Assembly: GCF_964204645.1 (NCBI RefSeq)
Contig: NC_134025.1
Coordinates: 744,001 to 808,000 of the forward strand
DNA: 64,000 nt
Origin: Tubulanus polymorphus
Taxonomy: Eukaryota; Animalia; Nemertea
Direction of reading: 5' to 3'
Position numbers and translations under genes: made by a program. The notes under the pieces were generated by a model. It was not told the origin of the DNA. It searched no databases and saw only the letters and a list, made by a program, of their open reading frames with translations. Positions 1 to 58,033 of the stretch are shown piece after piece (within the stretch, counting starts at the first letter, position 1; each line of letters starts with the position of its first letter).

Positions 1-173
1 ATTCAATCCATTAACGAGTCCAGTTCACAGTCCTTGTTTTTATTAATCTCTAGATTTCTATGTCCTGACGACGACAGAAAATACAACAGAAATTATCGAA
101 TATTTGATTAAATGTATTGATAATTAATTCAGCAGGTTTCAATGGTAGAATTGTAATAAGTATATCTCATAAT

Positions 174-353
<180 letters not shown>

Positions 354-709
354 CCCCCCATCGGTCCTCTCCTCATGTTCCTACGTTAAATCCATTGTTA
401 TGCTGATTTGTATTGTGTAAAGGTTATTAAACTAATGCAAGCACGATGGTTGCGGCACACGCATGCGGCACACACGTAGCACACGCAGCACACCGGGCGC
501 ATGCAGCTTATATGTGTGTTCAATGCGTCATTGTAGTTTTACCTGTGAACATATGGACGTCTCTCATTAAAACTACAGTCAGTTGATGTCAGTCAACGCT
601 ACAGTTAGTATCACTTGTAGAATAGCGTAGAGAGAAGGAGAGGTAGCTAGCTCGCGGGGCGGGGGTCTTCTAACCCCCCCCCAAAAAATACGGGCTCGCT
701 TTATTCAAA

Positions 710-750
710 ATGGTTTATACAAATAGGAATCATTTATCAGTCACTGCCGG
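710..750 (+). CDS. Candidate first coding exon of ADGB (MVYTNRNHLSVTAG)
   Basis: CAAAATGG start context; 41 nt ending at a strong GTGAGT donor in phase 2, which matches the phase-2 acceptor at 2284. I recognise no similarity to known ADGB N-termini, so the true first exon may lie upstream of the window. Confidence 0.3.
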
Positions 751-2283
751 GTGAGTCATTAAAATAATTGTTGTAATTATTATTAATTAGTAATTGATTA
801 ATTAATGTCTAGATATAATTCGATCTTTATTAAACGGTTATTCTTTATGACGACAATAACGTGCGTGCGTAGGTAAATACAGTTCGTGTGTTTATATTAT
901 TTGGAATAAAAACAAGAGGATATTTTTAGAATTTTTTCAATTCGACAATTTAGGGAATATATTCAGATTTCACGTAAGTTTAAACATTACGGATTAACCG
1001 CGTTTTAATAAGAACATGATTTCTTTAAGTAATGTTTGTGTTATGTTGAGATATTGTATGGAGTATTAGAGATTGTGATATAGTAGCGCAGAAACATGTT
1101 TTATAAAATCAATAATTGTGTCCTATGTCTGTTGTACAGTTGTGGTTATGATTATATAGTACTATGTTTATATCAGTATGCAGACAGCAGCAGCAGTACT
1201 GCGGTGCCCTGTCGTATCATAACATCAAAACCCAATATATACAAATTTATAAGATTTAAAACGATATCTAAAATTAAGACGCAATATTTCAGACTCTCTC
1301 TAGAGACATGATGTAATCTTTTACATTTCTATACAGTGGTTTATATATCATTTCTCCACAACTGAGGGTATCGGCCTATTTAACTATTTGTTAGATATTT
1401 GATTAAGAATTTGTAAATAACATTCATAATATATCTAGATGAAATTCATAAACAGATATATGAATTTTAGATTTCAATATTTTTATCAATTAAAGCATTT
1501 TCATCATGAATTGCTCAGATTTCATCGACATCATTGATTAAATTCATACAAGAATTTTTGTGATCCTATAAATAAATTCCACGTATTTGTTGTCAAAGTT
1601 AATAATTTAGCAGTTAAAACCTGTTTAGGTAATAATTCTGTAAGTCAGATATTTTTCTCACGGTTCAGTCAGTGTCAGTCACACCGTTGAAAGTTGAAAA
1701 GTTTTATTCTGGTGATTTTATCAGAATCTCTGAGGATTAATTGATTTATATTTATTACTGGATCGAGTTTGATGATGTCACGTGTTGGTACGGCAAAAAA
1801 ATGGACAACAAAAACAGCAGCCGGAGGCAAAACAGAACATCATAACATCTCATCTAAATGGGAAATGGCTTTAGCCGGGTTTGAAATTCGAGTTATCAGT
1901 CAGAATTTGACATTTGAAATGAACTGATTTTATTTCTAGATTTGAAGTTATGTATCTTACAGCTGTTGAACATGCACAGTTCTTCCTGACTCTAGAATTA
2001 AAACATTTGAAATGAACTCATTTTAACTCAATATTTGAATAAATCGTCATCTGTACAACTGGATCCAGGGCCCAACTGTGGTCTTAAATCACCAGTTTGT
2101 TAGATCGGTTTTAGAACTAAGATGGTTATAGACTGGTATTTATCTAAGCCATGAATGACTGTGCAATATAGGGCTCTGGAGCATTGACTTAAAATAAGTT
2201 CATTTTAAAACAATTCTTAGAGTAAAATTCTGACCTAAATGTTTATAAAGAGTATTGATTGAAATGTTTGTGTATATTTACAG

Positions 2284-42714
<40,431 letters not shown>

Positions 42715-44967
42715 TCGTTCTGCAAAATCTCTGTGTGCTTTATAAAAAAACCTCATTGTTCATTGTATTGCTGTTTATTTCTTGCTGTTCTTCCTCACCT
42801 CCTCACCCCTCCCCTCCTCACCTCCTCACCCCTCCCCTTCTGCTCTTCTCTCGTAATCAAATGTTTTTAACTTGGCGCTCGATTGAAATACATTAATCGA
42901 TAAAAAGTCTCAACTTATTATTTCGTATTTTGATCGGGCAGGTTTCGAGAAGAAAATAAAAATCGCAAAATGATAAAGATTTAAAACTTTGTAATGATAA
43001 TGATTTACCCCAAAGCTGGTAAACTGTGATATCAACTGTACTGTAAATAGTATCTATGTTCATAGAAATATCCATTATTTAATTTATTTCAGTTGTGGAA
43101 CGATAGTAAAATTAAATTGTACAGAATTGATTATTAAGTATATTTCCGACGATAAGTTAGATTCGTTTTGAATTATCTAATTTAGTTAGAAATATTTATT
43201 TAAATTATTTAAATTAATTAACTTATTATAATTTATTTTTCCTAACTTATAAGTTGGGAAGGATTTGGTGAATTTGGGTTATTTCTTGTTTTATTCATTA
43301 GTTCAATAGATTTTGTTTTTGTTTCTTAGAAAAAAAATGACACCTACCAATGTAATTAGTTTGATGTACATTATTAACTGCTATTTGTAAATATTGAAAT
43401 ACTGATGAGACTTATTTCATCTACGTTATCTTTCCCAGAAACATCCATCAATTCACAGTCTCTTACTGCCGCTGCCTTTATTCAACAATTCTCAAAATTG
43501 GGAATGATGATATCTTATATATCTACATACATCAATAATAGCACTATTGATTGAGAAAATATGTTTATATTTGAAAGATCTAGTTTTTGCTGGAATATGT
43601 TTATAATGGGCCCTGGTGCCTTTTCTACTCATAAATCTTATCAATTCTCTAAAGATCCATCCACAAATTTCTAATCATTTTGATATTGTGACTGAAATCC
43701 ATCCAACCAACAACAACATCAACATATCAATCAACGTATATATCATTTTGACAGATATTTTCTGAACAATCAGTTTGTTGACTCAAGTCGCGTCGATCGA
43801 TCGTGTTAGACCTGGTTTATAGTTGCTCATTATGTGAGTCGTTCTTTATCTCGACGACACGTATCCATCCCCCAAACATCCATCCATATCACAACGTTTT
43901 AACCTTTGCTATAATGTAAATAGTGGGTAAAGATTCATATATTTCTCTCCATTACCAATACCTCTCTCCTCAAATAAACTCTGCCCTCAAATAAACTCTA
44001 CCCTCAAATAAACTCTGCCCTCAAATAAACTCTGCCCTCAAATAAACTCTACCCTCAAATAAACTCTCTTCTCAAACTCTCATCAATTATGAATGTAAGT
44101 ATAAGTGCTGTGTACGTGAATATTTTGATGCTTGTATTTATTATTTGATGCTTGTAGATAAAACGCTGTATTTAACACAGTTCAGTGAGCCGTCCATGTT
44201 TGTGTTGAATCATAGTCCTCACTTCCCAGGGCCCCTTTGTGAGCCCTCGGTGAACTGGGATAGTACCCTCACTCCCCAGGGCTCACTCCATGGTGGTGAC
44301 ACCTGGTGAGATAGGGCTGCACTCTCATTCTGCAGGGCTCACTCCGCATGTATGGGGTGACCCCTGGTGAGCAAGGTTGTGCACCCTCACTCCTCAGGGC
44401 TCACTCAGTGTATAGCAGTGCCCCCTGGTGATTTGTGATGGTATTTCTAGATATATATTCTCCAGATGAATCTTGTAAAATGATGATGATCTGCCTAAAA
44501 ATTAATTCATCGAATAAAAAGAGAATTTAAGAATTCCCTTTTTATTTGACACCGAACTGCATCAAATCTGTCTAGAATTTTGTTGAGGAAATGAAGCAAA
44601 TAATGATTAAAACCCATAAAACTTTATTTAATTAATTTTCAGTTCTAATTCAAAGCCTTAATCACTACATAGCCAATTATCCAAATAATCTCAATAACAA
44701 TAAAAATCTCTAAAATTCAAAAGCTCAATTTAAAAAAATATATCTAAATGGAGAAATTTATTTTTGTATTTGAATATAGGAAAGATTGGATCCCTCTAAA
44801 GTGATCGTTGTCTAAAAAACGCGATATACTGAAAGGGATCAAGGCCCTTATTTTTCCGTCCTTGGTTAAATTTGGCCATCATGTCAGGTCTAAAGAATTC
44901 CTTCCGTCCGTTATATAATAAAGACCCATGATGATAAAATAAACTGTCCGTCCTAAGTTAAAAACCA

Positions 44968-45421
44968 CTGACCACTCGTGCAGAGGTCTAACTGACCACT
45001 AGCATAGAGGTCAAACTGACCACTAGCCTAGAGGTCAAACTGACCACTAGCATAGAGCTCAAACTGACCACTAGCATAGAGGTCAAGATGACCACTAGCA
45101 TAGAGGTCAAACTGACCACTAGCCTAGAGGTCAAACTGACCACCAGCATAGAGGTCAAACTGACCACTAGCCTAGAGGTCAAACTGACCACTAGCATAGA
45201 GGTCTAACTGACCACTAGCATAGAGGTCAAGATGACCACTAGCATAGAGGTCTAACTGATCACTAGCATAGAGGTCTAACTGACCACTAGCATAGAGGTT
45301 AAACTGACCACTAGCATAGAGGTCAAGATGACCACTAGCATAGAGGTCTAACTGACCACTAGCATAGAGGTTAAACTGACCACTAGCATAGAGGTCAAGA
45401 TGACCACTCATACAGAGGTCA
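44968..45421. repeat. 24-bp minisatellite containing GGTCAnnnTGACC palindromes
   Basis: Unit TGACCACTAGCATAGAGGTCAAAC, about 19 copies. Confidence 0.93.
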
Positions 45422-46342
45422 GTGGTAAAACTGAAAGCTCGTATTGAGATCAGAAACAGCCCTTATTTTTTCCGTCCCTCGTAAATTTAAAATTGAAAGG
45501 AAAATTGAAGGCCCACTCATTTCCGTCCCTCAACAAAACATACGTATAAACATTTAAATAAATAAAACAATTCTCAACTTGTTCTCAGATACTTTAACCA
45601 AATTATCTCAGTGTTTAGCTAGCTGGTACTTTAGTCAAATTCTAGGCTAGCTTTAAATAAATAGCTTATTACATTTCAATTAGTAGCATTAGCTTATTTT
45701 CTGATTATGATAATACATGTGAGCTATAGTTTATATATAATACAGCTTCGTCGTTTGTATGTTCTATCATTATATCTCCCTCCCCTCTATACATGTATAA
45801 CTCAAATATAAGGCATAGATCTGAATGTATTTATCAATTATAAAATGATTGAATTCTTGTTTATTTCGAACAAGGAATCAATTGATTTCAATTATCTGGT
45901 GTTTATATATTATATAGATGTGGCTATGTATATCCCTCATATATTCATTTATTGATGTATATAGATATTTTGCTGTAAATTGTTTGCTTGTATTTTTCTT
46001 GAAGAATAAAATATCAATGGTAGGTGTTGTACTTGATCGAGTTCTTTTTTAAAATTTTCAATTGATCTAAACTTTTGATAGTCATCTCTTCATCAAACCA
46101 GTCAGTCTCGTCTAATGATAGGGCTGTTCGGGTTCATCCAGAACTCGTAATAGACGAGGAAGGAATTGTCTGTAGGCTGATGCAGAGGATCTCATCTTTC
46201 TCTTGTGATAAAGTATGTAATAGAATCCTAGTCCTTCTCCATCACAAATAATACGTTAAGTGAATATTTTAAATATGAAAGTTTATTGAAGGCGAATTGG
46301 ACGAATGTAACAGACGAATATAGAGATCACCAAATCACAGGA

Positions 46343-46383
<41 letters not shown>

Positions 46384-46563
46384 AGTGATAAAAATATCAC
46401 TGGTTAAACCTGTTTCATTAACAATTATTAATACTTGATTCATTACAGCACACAAAATAATTAACAATTTAACAATTCGTTAAACAAATGATTAGTTAAT
46501 TGATTAAGAAAATAATCTGATCTTGCATCGGAATTAACTGTAGGTTTTAATAGCACAGAATAT

Positions 46564-48195
46564 TCATTTCATCTCATATTTGTTGCCTCTCAAGGAACTT
46601 CCCTGCGGTGACTTCTCTAACTTTCTCCACACGACCTACAATACAAATAATTAACTCACAATCAGAACAAACAGGATTTACAGTTATCAGATTCAGAGTG
46701 AAATTAGTTTTCTAGCCGGTTAAATCTGAATTAAAACTGTGGAACCAGATCCTGTAACATTGGCTCTTTATAACCATTGATTAAACACAGTCCGCAAGTC
46801 AGAAATGATTCCTTGAGCTAAAGTCTATTTTGACATATTCCTGAAGATTGAAACAATAAGCTACTAGCTCAAGCAAACAATTTTGGTTATTTTCATTCCT
46901 ATTGCAGGATTTTATTGTATATGGGGATCATTAAACTTACGTTACACATCTGCCTAATTATAGCTCTTTGTGAACCGTCAAATTCATCATCATCATCACT
47001 ATTTACATTATTCACTTTCTCTTTCAGTTCCAAAATCTGTTAATTCATATTTAAGAAATATATCAAATTCATTCAGCGTAAACAAAGCCAAAACCACCGT
47101 GAACAAATACTCACTTTCATAGCGTGGATAACACTATTTTCAGGTTTATTCAGTTGTTTCGCCGGTTGTGGTTCAGATGTTGATAATGATTCCTGTAAAA
47201 TTAATAGTTCGAGTCAAAATCCAGTCACACAGTTTTCAGTTATGTCAGTTACTAATTAGTTCATTTCCAATGTTTGAATCCTAAATTCAAAAACAGTCAA
47301 CCTCATAGTCTAACTTGAACCTGGCCATAACTGGGAATTTTCATTAAACTTGGACATAACCAAAATTAGATACTTTTGACCTTTCACCCAAGCAATTTCG
47401 CCGGTCTCCAGTTGGTCCGAGTTTGACAAGGTATATCTTGTGCTGTGTGATCTAAAACCTAGATCAGTTTTTTTTACCTGTGATATTTTTGATTTTTTCT
47501 CATCTTCTAACGCTTTGATTCTACTCTCTAAATCTTTTATGTACAAATAGGTTTTATCTGCGAGTAAAAAATAGAGCATCATGAGTGAATGAGAGGAGCT
47601 TCTAAACCCACTAGATCAACACTAGAAGATACTGACCATTCATTGATTGTTGATTACTATTGTCGCCGCTGATGCGAGTAGCTGCTGCTGCTGGTTCTAT
47701 CAGGCTATTTACACTACCGCTGCAGATGCTACCTCCATCTCCCTGATCCCTAATCGAATCACTCCTCTCTTCATCCAGATATAAACACAATTCTTTCAGT
47801 ATCAGATTCTCCCTGATCAACTGTTGTTGACACGCGTCTAATTGTTCTAGTTTTTGCTGATAGGTGGCGACTTCGTTCTTCATCACGCCCGACGTATAAC
47901 GACCGAATCTCTGCCATTCTCGCGCTAATTTACGGCCTTTCTGTCGATCGTCGTCCAGGAAACAGCACATATCCCTCAATTCCTCGTTATCGTCCTGCAA
48001 TCTCTGATTGACTTCTTTCAAACCACGAATTTCCATTAAATGAAGTTGAAGCGTTTTGTTGATGTCCTTCATTAGTTTACTGTGTTCCGACATCGAGTTC
48101 ATTTTATCAGTTTCTAGATGACGGATTATTTTAATCAGCTCCACTGGTGAATATCTGATTAAATCAGATTCGGGAATATTTGTGTATTCCATCAT
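46564..48195 (-). CDS. CCDC85: Coiled-coil domain-containing protein 85 (DUF2216 family), 5 coding exons, about 294 aa
   Basis: Exons 48195-47637, 47557-47478, 47192-47115, 47036-46941, 46635-46564. Signature EIRGLKEVNQRLQDDNEELRDMCCFLDDDRQKGRKLAREWQRFGRYT, ENLILKELCLYLDEER, QGDGGS, and C-terminal RAIIRQMCN/VVWRKL. Confidence 0.93.
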
Positions 48196-49249
48196 TTTAC
48201 AGGTTCATTCAGCCTCCTCCCTGGAGTCTGGACCCTGTAAAACAAATATCTTATTGAGGACTGGTTGAATAGTTAATGGGTACATGATTCTTGGGATTTT
48301 ATGACGTTGTTCTTTACCTGCAGTTGATAATTAGAACTAGGCAGTTAATAACTTAATTACAACTGAATTAAAAACATCATCGAAATGTTCTGACAGATAT
48401 TTATTTGACAGATCTGAATTGAATTGTATTGATATCAACGGACGTATGGACCGGACGAAGCCGAATAAGAAAATTCGTACGGTCCCCTAGCGGATTTTAT
48501 GCGTACTGATTCCGCGGGCTAATCATGATTGACCACTAAGCTTTTTCGCTAATAAACATATATTTCATCCAAAACCATTTATTTCATCGTCTGGATAATG
48601 AACATCGGTGGCTATCAAAACCAGTTGCTTATTTAAGAAATGGCCCGGTGGGTCAGCCCGCGGAATATTAATTCACATAAATGCGCGGTACCGTCATTTA
48701 GCATCAGGCCACATCCTCGCTTGCCAGGGGCCCGGTATCACTCCCGAACTCAACAGTATACGGAGACGTCATGTGTCCGCTAGTACCCAGTCCGTGATAC
48801 CCAGTGTGTCTCTCGTACCCACTCAAATTCTAATGAAGACTTTATTGAACATTTTATTGCTATCGATTTCGGCGATTAATATTCATACGATCTCTATTTC
48901 TATTCTATATATATATGGGTTCGGTACCCAGTTATAGAATAACCATGTTTTTCGCAACTGATGCCTCTAATAGATCTTTCTGGCCGACACTAAATAAAAA
49001 GTGTTCCACTTAACGTCTAGTAATGAGTAGTCCTGCGCCGCAGTGGCGGCTATCCGTCAGGCCTTGTGGGCTGTATCGTCACGGTTTCTAGAGGTTTTAC
49101 ATTTTTATCAAAAGTATCTTTAAAATTAGTCTGCTGGAACATGGGTCCATTCCTTGTGATTTATCCATTGATTAAACGCCGATCCAAACGAGTCATAAGA
49201 AAGATATTGTTCGAAACAAGCAGTTTTATTATATACCATAGAAAGAAAA

Positions 49250-49480
49250 TATGTGTTCCGTGGTACCCAGTGACTAAATACAAAATAACATGTGTTCCGT
49301 GGTACCCAGTGACAATCAAACAACATATGTTCCGTGGTACCCAGTGACAATTAAACAACTTGTGTTCCGTGGTACCCAGTGACAATTAAACAACATGTGT
49401 TCCGTGGTACCCAGTGACAATTAAACAACATGTGTTCCGTGGTACCCAGTGACAATTAAACAACTTGTGTTCCGTGGTAC
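49250..49480. repeat. About 35-38-bp minisatellite (TGTGTTCCGTGGTACCCAGTGACAATTAAACAAC)
   Basis: About 7 tandem copies. Confidence 0.9.
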
Positions 49481-49863
49481 TATATTGAATCTCTATTATA
49501 GCCTAAAATCTAAATGTAGAGTGATTTCAACAGTCTGGAACTTCTATTGGAAGCAGGCCTATGCCTATACCGATACAGCAACAACATTCTCTTCATAATC
49601 GGGCCCTATGGACTGAGTGTGTAAAATGTATACTAATGCAGCCTCTAGCGTGTCAATCAATTGAATTGATATTGTCAAGCCATCGGACGATTTTTGACAA
49701 GCTAGCGGACGATTCGCGCATTGGGTACCGTAGACACGGGGTATCAGCGACTGGGTATGAGCGGACACTTGTCAAGTACATATGAATCTCCCCGAACTCG
49801 CTTCCACCAGCGAACAGCTTTAGCGTAGTGGTTTCGAATCCCTTGACGGGTGAAGATGATCAG

Positions 49864-50073
49864 GCCACTGATTTAGTGTCAGTAAATTATACTGTACGGT
49901 GCTGCCGCTATGATCGACATTAGCGGAATGTGCATAAACTAACACAAACTGACTCTGGCAATAGACTCTCCTCGATTGCCAGAGTCGATTCATGTTGGTG
50001 TGTGAAAAATCCGCTAATGTTGAGCATAGCGGCAGCACCGTACAGTATAGTTTACTGACACTAAATCAGTGGC
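49864..50073. repeat. 210-bp near-perfect foldback (long inverted repeat), possibly a MITE
   Basis: GCCACTGATTTAGTGTCAGTAAA..GACTCTGGCAAT pairs with ATTGCCAGAGTC..TTTACTGACACTAAATCAGTGGC; arms about 99 bp, loop about 12 nt. Confidence 0.85.
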
Positions 50074-50203
50074 GAATGAAGGGCTTTTATTTTAGACTGC
50101 AGTAGATTAATTATCTTTTTGGGATGGTTTGACCCTTGATTGCACCAAACACCTGAGAGGTCGAGGCATTCCAGAAGTGAGTGGAGACTTGTGAACCAGT
50201 TCT

Positions 50204-50668
50204 GGCCACTCTGAGTCAGCATCAGTAATTACTGGTTTCGAGCCCGGGACACCCTGTACATCCTCTATTCAGCATCAAGACCACTCTGAATCAGTGTCAG
50301 TAATTACTGGGTTCGAACCCGGGACATCGCTGTACATCCTCTTTTTATCATCAGGACCAATCTGAGTCGGTATCAGTAATAACTGGGTTCGAACTCGGGG
50401 GCACCCTTACATCCTCTATTCAGCATCAGGACCACTCTGAATCAGTGTCAGTTATTACTGCCTTCGAACTCGGGGCATCCTTGAACATCCTCTATTCAGT
50501 ATCAGGACCACTCTGAGTCAGCATCAGTAATTACTGGTTTCGAACCCGGGACATCCCTGTACATCCTCTATTCAACATCAGGACCACTCTGAATCAGTAT
50601 CAGTAATTACTAGGTTCCAACCCGGGACATCCCTGTACATTCTCTATTGGAATTAGGCCAACTCTGAT
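50204..50668. repeat. About 76-bp tandem repeat, six copies, with a B-box-like motif
   Basis: Unit starts at 50204, 50279, 50354, 50429, 50505 and 50581; contains GGGTTCGAACCC. Confidence 0.85.
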
Positions 50669-50890
50669 TCCGCTAGTTGACCGTACCACAATTTGTATCC
50701 GATTGAGCCGTTCGATGATTGGCTTAACATGTCTCCCCGCGAAATTTAAAATGGCTTGTATAATCGAGCCTTGTTTCCAATAAATTAGGCTTACCGATCT
50801 GAATGAGATCGTGAAACGGGTCCCAGGACTTTACATCTCAGCCCAACAGAAATTCTAGTAAATTTAAAATATTTTATTGAAAGAATATTG

Positions 50891-54090
<3,200 letters not shown>

Positions 54091-54695
54091 CGTTATATTA
54101 ATCGATAAACTCTAATCAGTGAAATATGATGAATTATTTTCAAAAGGAATAGCACATTCTCACTCGAGTATGAATTGTCTATGTTTGATTTATCGGAAAC
54201 ACACAACGCACTAAACATCAGTTAATACTGACCTCGGTTTTTATACTGATAAAACATAAAGCACTTCGTCACAGACGCTCCAATCAGATTGAATCTTATG
54301 GAAAGTTCATATAGCGTGTTATTGTCTTATCATTAAAGATAACAAAAACTAACAAAATGCTTACCTCGGCGTTTATATGCATAAGCAAAAACGTCTATAA
54401 TTGACTTAACTTTCATTTGATGCTTTTCAAACTATGGGAAAATGATTTTGTGCCCCGCTGTCACCACTATAGTGGCTGAACTCTGAATATTGTAGAATTT
54501 CGTGTGGGGAAGTACCACCATTTCAGGCCCGTAGCGTGGGGGTGGGGGTGGGGGTGGGGGTGCGGGGATGCGTACGCTACGGCCCAGCATTTTAGCATTA
54601 ACCTTGACCCGGGCACGCAACTCGTTAGGAGGATTTGACTGTAAGGTTCAAATCTCAACTAAAAGAATCAATTCTCATTGATAACAATAGATCAG

Positions 54696-54803
54696 GGTCC
54701 AGTTCCACAGTTCTGAGTTAAGATTTGACTCCGGGTTAAAACATTGAAAATGAACTAACTTTAACTCAGAGTTAACTCTAACTCACAACTGTGGAACTGG
54801 GTC
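54696..54803. mobile_element. PIF/Harbinger-like MITE (CATTGAAAATGAACT subfamily)
   Basis: CAG|GGTCCAGTTCCACAGTT ... AACTGTGGAACTGGGTC|CTG. Degenerate copies at about 1965-2068, 26700-26765, 27170-27280, 30222-30322, 31015-31115, 32998-33110, 46675-46755 and 47215-47300. Confidence 0.65.
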
Positions 54804-54962
54804 CTGGGTTCTTTAATATCTTCTTTTTAAGCCACTGTTCTTCAGACCTGACTGTGCCTATATCCGGTATCAACTCTCTCAAACAACATAATGAGTTTAT
54901 TTCAGAAAAAGTCACTGTAGGAATTCAGAAAAATATAGATTCTTTATTAACGAGTTTTTCTG

Positions 54963-57944
54963 CTACAAATTAACAAGAACATAATTACAAATAAGAGTTA
55001 CAATATGAGCGCAAACGAATCCCATACTTTGAGCAAATGCAGCCATCATACCAGCAGTTTTCTGCATCATCTTATCTTCACCTGCCGCTCTGGAAATTAC
55101 AAAACTCACTCTGTTACATCTTCATACACAGCGTTACTTAAAGTTATAACGTGTTACATTGAAATTACAATTACAATTACAATTACAATTAGTTTATTGC
55201 TCCACAAAATTTACATTTGCACAGAGCACAAAAAACAGGTTCATACATTGTACACGTATCCATGCAGTTTACAGAATTCATACAAACACGGTTTAAATGA
55301 AAAGAAATACATGAATACTTATCAATCAACAATAGCTTAAGGCGGGCATTGAACAGTACATATTTAATATGAGTTAGAGAAACTTTGATCCTTGCTGTAT
55401 AAAGCGAGACAGGTTACAGAGCTGTTTGCCCTTAGAATTTAATAATTGTATCAGTTTGAAGGCATTTGGCAAAGCAAATTTCATTGATCGATCATTGCAT
55501 AGAATTTAAGTTGCATTTTCGATCACTTACTGTTTCGCGTAAACCATTGTGGGCCCATTCGCATGACCGCCCGCTAACGCAAAGATTATCATCGCGAACC
55601 AGAACAACCAATCATTGAAGAATACGACAGGTACATTACCCCTATTACCAGGTCTATAGTTACACAGGAAAAAGAACGGAATCGCTAAAACCCGAAGCCA
55701 AACTGTCAATCCCATGTATTTAGCAGAGGGCTGAAAAAATCAAATTGCATCGTACATACATTATGTATATTCAAGTAGATTATTCTGCTCAAGTCGGATA
55801 TTTTGACCTGAGAGTGATATCTGTGCGGGATGGTACAGAAGACTCCGCTCAAGTCGGAAGCTATGGGGGCCATGAAACTGCCCGGCTTGAGAGTGACATC
55901 CGAATTAGAAGATGTTACACATTTCACATAATGTCACAGAAATATTTCAACAAATACACAAGTTAAACGGTTATCTCTGAGTTCATCGGATCCGACTTAA
56001 GAGGCTAAATTAATTCACGATTTAAGTTAAATCTAGATTGAATTGAGTTTGACTACTAACCTTAGGGTAGGGATAGCTGATGAGGTTTCCAACAACGATA
56101 CAAATATTATAGACGATATAGATTACATCTGAATAGTGTTCCTCTGAAAATTAACCGATTTAAGATTCAATATACAGAATTAATGGATCTTACTGAATGT
56201 CATATAGAAACACCATTGAAGTTTCCTACTTACTGGAAATGAAGAAATTCGGGTCGCATTGTTGAATTTCTACAAAAATCGCCGGATATAAAGTCATGCA
56301 AATAACACGTAATAACCATAGATCAAATAGATTAAACCAGATCTAAACGGGAAAGAGAAATAACAGTTTGATAATTGATTTCATCGAATATAGTCATCCA
56401 GAATCACGAAATAACATAAATAAGGTTTCAAAAAACTGCAGCTGATATTTCTAATATTTTCATTATGTCATAACTTAAGATGAAATGGAAAATCTGGAAA
56501 ATGAAGTAATGGAATGCGCAAACAATTGAAATAAGTAAGTATTTCATGCAAATAAAACTTCAGATGTTGTAATTTTAGCTTGTTTTATACCCTTTTAAAT
56601 GTTTTGATATAAGGCAGTCTTTCATACGAAGCCACTCTTTCTTCTTTTGCCCCTGATTCAGAGTATGTACTTCTAAAATAACGCTAAAAACAAAATAATA
56701 ACGTAATTTACAAACTAGACAAGTTATAAAATTCCAGCTTCTGAGAATTCTAGTATTGCATTTTACTTACCGAACAGGGAAGAGACAAATAGAAAACTAA
56801 ACACATTAGACAAACAAGGATTGCTCCGATGAAGAAAAATATCCCCGCCGTTCTCGGTGGAGTTCCTAAAAAAGGAACGGATGAAAATATGCAGTTATCA
56901 TTTAAAGGGGTCAAGGTTGAACTCCAATGCGAATTTTTCACAGTAAAATATATTACGATTTACAACAGATAAGAAAACGTCGTAAACAATAGTACAGAAT
57001 CATAACATTCAATATTTACAAAATAGCTATTCGTATATACAAGCTGTTTTCATTAAGATAAACATTTTAGAATGATACATTAAACCTAATCTGGGAACCT
57101 GGGTCTCGTAAGTAGGAGATCGAATAACCCGTTTCAGGGCATGGCGATTGGTCTAACTGATAGTGACAACCGTGACGTCATACCGACGGATCTAAAGCTT
57201 ATCCGGTTGATTTGCTCTAAACAATGTTTCTATCGTCCATTTATTCGTATGTTTTACACTAATTACAAATTTCAATCAATCTTGAATAAATGTATTCCAA
57301 GTCATAATGTTGGATGTTTACCTGTTTTGGTCACTACCATTAGAATTGCAGCGATTAGACCTGAAAATTGCTGTGCAGATGATTGAAATGATGTTAGATA
57401 CAGAATTACCACATTTGTTCTAAACAAAAACCGACAGAAAATATTTCCTGAAACTCACCATTCCTGTCATTGTGGCGTATAGGAATCTGGATGGAAACTG
57501 GGCGATGGCACCGAAAAAACAGTTACCCCAAACACCGGTACACACTGAAACAGATCATTGATTAATATCCGCTTTTGATGGAAATTCAAAGTTAGAACAT
57601 CACTTAAATTTTAGTGAAAGGTAGAAAAATATTTGATGAAATTTATACCTGAAACATTTAATACTTACTGTTTACAAAAGCAATTATTACTAGTGTTATG
57701 AAGAAAAATGGTTCTTCAACTTCAAAAAGAAACATAAATTTGTATACTTTAAGAATATTTGACGATGTGATTATTAATCTTGGGTTGTACAAAACTTACA
57801 GTTATTGGTATCAACGATAGCGAATGCGACAGTAACACCAAACAAACCACTCATTATTAATATACTCGCTGTTATTCGACCGTTTGCGTTCGCGCTTTAA
57901 AATCAATCATATAAACATATCATTTACATCTCTAACTCACTGAA

Positions 57945-58033
<89 letters not shown>

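Noticed and set aside
848-873. Alternative ADGB start MTTITCVR(R) with a phase-2 GTAAAT donor
   Set aside because: Weak start context and no homology; indistinguishable from chance.
48608-48937. 109-aa + strand ORF
   Set aside because: Non-ATG start, no homology; more likely the CpG-richer upstream region of CCDC85.
50204-50668. tRNA gene cluster
   Set aside because: Only a B-box-like motif; no acceptor, D or anticodon stems were found.
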